NCBI RefSeq assembly: GCF_006345805.1 | Contig: NW_021835858.1 | Span: forward strand, 1-55,176 | Reading direction: 5' to 3' | Length of the DNA: 55,176 nt | DNA from: Octopus sinensis | Taxonomy: Eukaryota | Shown: piece by piece, positions 52,167-55,176 of the stretch | Position numbering within the stretch: the first letter of the stretch is position 1 | How the letters are laid out: every line of letters begins with the position of its first letter | Notes under the pieces: generated by a model | The model's input: only the letters and a program-made list of their open reading frames with translations | Told to the model about the DNA's origin: nothing | The model's database searches: none | Translations under genes and position numbers: made by a program

Positions 52167-52400
52167 CTCTTGATGTCCGGTTCGACCGCGACATCTATAT
52201 CGGGATCAACTTGCTGTGAAAACGGTCGACCGCTCGTGACAGACCCGCATACAGGACAAACAGTCTGTTCGTGTCAGTATAGTTCTCCATCCATTCTCTC
52301 CTATCCGCGATTACCAGAGACAATGTACGGAACATCGCCGTATGCAACCCAAAGTTATGTACCCTTGGGTACAGATACCTCAGCATTCTACTCACCATTG
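52167..52400 (+). CDS. irx: Internal coding exon (probably exon 2) of an Iroquois-class (Irx) TALE homeobox gene, N-terminal conserved cysteine motif
   Basis: Polypyrimidine acceptor tttttttctctctctcttacag ends at 52166 and donor GTAAGA starts at 52401. The 234 bp give 78 codons, phase 0/0: LLMSGSTATSISGSTCCENGRPLVTDPHTGQTVCSCQY...TDTSAFYSPL. CCENGRP..TDP..GQTVCSCQ matches the N-terminal motif of protostome Iroquois proteins (araucan/caupolican/mirror type), and SAFYSPL matches the usual end of this exon. Paralogue not assignable. Confidence 0.88.
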
Positions 52401-53572
52401 GTAAGAAATTATTCTATTGATTAATTGCTCATTTTTTTTATTTCAGGTACCTTGAATGTTATATGTATATAAATGCTTACATATGCATATGTATGAGTAT
52501 ATATATATATATATATATATACATATATAAGTGTATATGTATATATGCATATCTATGTTATTTATAAGGTATCTGCATCTGTTGGCGCATCTAAAATTTT
52601 AAAATAGGAAGTCACTCGAACTGCAAGAAACAGTAGCCAAATATCTTTCAGATTACACTTGTCTTAAAGAAGCTTGAAAACTTTTAATGGCACAGTTCTG
52701 GATAGAGATTAAAACAGAAATGAAAAGGCAAACCGTTCTGCAAGACTTGACAAGGACATTTAATTTAGAATTATAATAAAAGGGTTTACATAGTCTCTAA
52801 TAGCTGTTTCTAGAATATCCACTGGGACATCGTGCCGAGGGAGGATTCCATAGGCCGAGAAGGCCGTCATCAGAGAGGGAGAAGTTAAACAGATGCAACA
52901 GTGAAAGAATATTATTCATCAGTCTTATTGTAGTTCATCTTGCCTAGAAAGGGAGGAGAAATCCAATTAAAAGTCCAATCACTAGTTCTGGATTTATATA
53001 TATCGGCAAGATTCGTCAATTTCTTGAAAATGTGGTCATAACCACGAAATATTGAATGCAAGGCAAGTCTACATTAATTCACATATTTGTTTTCTTGTGA
53101 TTTACCTTGCATTTAATTCGCATTGTTTGGCCTTACCCACGATCCTTCTTTATAGAAGATATATATATATATATAATGTATATATGCAGATATATTCTTT
53201 TACTCTTTTACTTGTTTCAGTCATTTGACTGCGGCCACGCTGGAGCACCGCCTTTTGGTCGAACAAATCGACCAGAGGGTTTATTCTTTGTAAACCTAGT
53301 ACTTATCCTATAGGTCTTTTTTCCAAAGCGCTAGGTTACGGGCGACATAAACACACCAACATCTGTTGGCAAGAGACGGTGTAGGAACAAAGGAACAAAC
53401 ACAGACAGACATACAGACAGACACACACACACACGCACACGGACATATATATAAATTAGAGAAAAACCACTATTATGCAATTCAATTTATATATATTATA
53501 TATTTATATTGTGAAATTTGATTTAATACTAAATTGAATTTTTCCCTGTAAGTTTGGATTTATACTCCCTAA

Positions 53573-53622
<50 letters not shown>

Positions 53623-54220
53623 TATTATTATTATATATAGGGAGCTTGCTTCCTAGCTACATGGTTTCGGGTTCAGTCCCACTGCGTGGCACTTTGGGCA
53701 GATGTTTTCTGCTATAGCCCCGAGTCGACCGAAGCTTTGTGATTGAATTCGGTAGGCCTAAGTTACTGCCGTGTGTGTATGTGTGCGTATAGGTGCTCAG
53801 TGCCTCTCCGAAAGAGAGAGAGAGATATATATATGCATACATATACATATATAAATATATATATAAAAGAGCAAAGAGGAGAGGAAAAATATTTAAGACC
53901 AGACTATCCTGATTATATGTCTGCTCAATCAGAGCTGCCATAGATGAAGGGTGTAAAACAACAATAACAATGGCAAGCACAAATGAGACGGAAATAGTTG
54001 CATCAGTGAATTCACGTTACGTATTATTGGTTCTTATGTTGGAGACCAAGTGAAGCAAAATCGATGACGAAGTAACGGGATATAGAAATTTGAGGTAAAG
54101 TATTAGATTATTTATCACTTGATCTTCGTTATCTTTGAATGAATGCGCTGCAGGTGCCAAAGTGGAAAACTCAGTGTGATCAATAGACCTGCTAGAAATA
54201 GTAACTAAATGTTCCTCATA

Positions 54221-54641
54221 GGCGCAGGAGTGGCTGTGTGGTAAGTAGCTTGCTAACCAACCACATGGTTCCGGGTTCAGTCCCACTGCGTGGCACCTTG
54301 GGCAAGTGTCTTCTGCTATAGCCCCGGGCCGACCAATGCCTTGTGAGTGGATTTGGTAGACGGAAACTGAAAGAAGCCTGTCGTATATATTATGATATAT
54401 ATAAGTGTGTGTGTGTATATGTTTGTGTGTCTGTGTTTGTCTCCCTAGCATTGCTTGACAACCGATGCTGGTGTGTTTACGTCCCCGTTACTTAGCGGTT
54501 CGGCAAAAGAGACTGATAAAATAAGTACTGGGCTTACAAAGAATAAGTCCCGGGGTCGATTTGCTCGACTAAAAGGTGGTGCTCCAGCATGGCCGCAGTC
54601 AAATGACTGAAACAAGTAAAAGAGTAAAAGAGTAAAGAGAG
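54221..54641 (+). mobile_element. tRNA-derived SINE family B, full-length (about 420 bp, internal TA/TG microsatellite)
   Basis: Head GGCGCAGGAGTGGCTGTGTGGTAAG...GGTTCAGTCCC; 3' end CAGCATGGCCGCAGTCAAATGACTGAAAC with a (AGTAAAAG)n tail. Confidence 0.88.
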
Positions 54642-55176
54642 TATATCCAATCCTTTTATCTTAAAAATGAACGGGCTGAATAATGTCTTTCTTACTTCCC
54701 AGTACTTATTAAGAAAAGGGAGTGGTCCTGGCTAGAGCGCTTTAGATTATTGGTTTGCTACATCGATGTTTATTTGGATTTAAAAGCGACAGGATCTGAG
54801 CCGCTTTGTGGTTCCACGACGTGCTAGCAATGGCACTCATGTCACCTTTTTTGTGTTTTGTGTAAGGTCAATTGACTCAGGGCCGACCTGATGCTAAACA
54901 ACGATAAATAATAATACCAAGTACTTTATTACGATCTCTAAATCCAGGTGTGTAATGTTTTTCGGAAAGGATAGAGGTGAGGGCCTTAATCCATTTCCTG
55001 ATTTAGCAGTAACCTCTTCTTTTGGGTTCTTTTACTGGAGTGCCCTCTATTATAAGTATTTGGAGTAGAAATTCTATTCAGAAAATTATCTCTTCCTCCA
55101 CCAGTCACGGAGACTGGAAAAGAAAGGATCATAAGCGCTACCCTGTCTTTCTTTCTCTCTGTCTCTTCTTACTCTG

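Noticed and set aside
52853-52879. Minus-strand CTGATGA plus GGCC/GGCC stem
   Set aside because: No GAAA-stem III-NUH half in register, so at most a half-motif

Overview
AT-rich animal genomic DNA. It is dominated by microsatellites ((TA)n, (CA)n, (AAT)n, (GA)n, (ACC/ACT)n) and retroelement debris. The repeat landscape looks like an octopus genome (inference, not verifiable from sequence alone). The only host-gene coding sequence I can support is one 234-bp internal exon (52167-52400, +) of an Iroquois/Irx TALE-homeobox gene; its first exon was not identified and the homeobox lies beyond the window end. The rest comprises three tRNA-derived SINE families, an AAT-flanked non-coding repeat, five 5'-truncated R4/Dong-type LINE fragments beside (TAA)n arrays, two CR1-type LINEs, an RTE 3' end, Penelope GIY-YIG remnants, a solo LTR and a Tc2/pogo-like fold-back element. 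The most striking unannotated signal is a dispersed set of type I hammerhead-ribozyme motifs on both strands: five or six with an intact or single-substitution catalytic core and several fossils. Two of them are tied to inverted repeats. Also notable is a 3'-tail stem-loop motif shared, with compensatory changes, by two CR1 LINEs and the commonest SINE. Nearly all ORFs in the supplied track are microsatellite artefacts. All structures were assigned by eye and none was folded or searched computationally.
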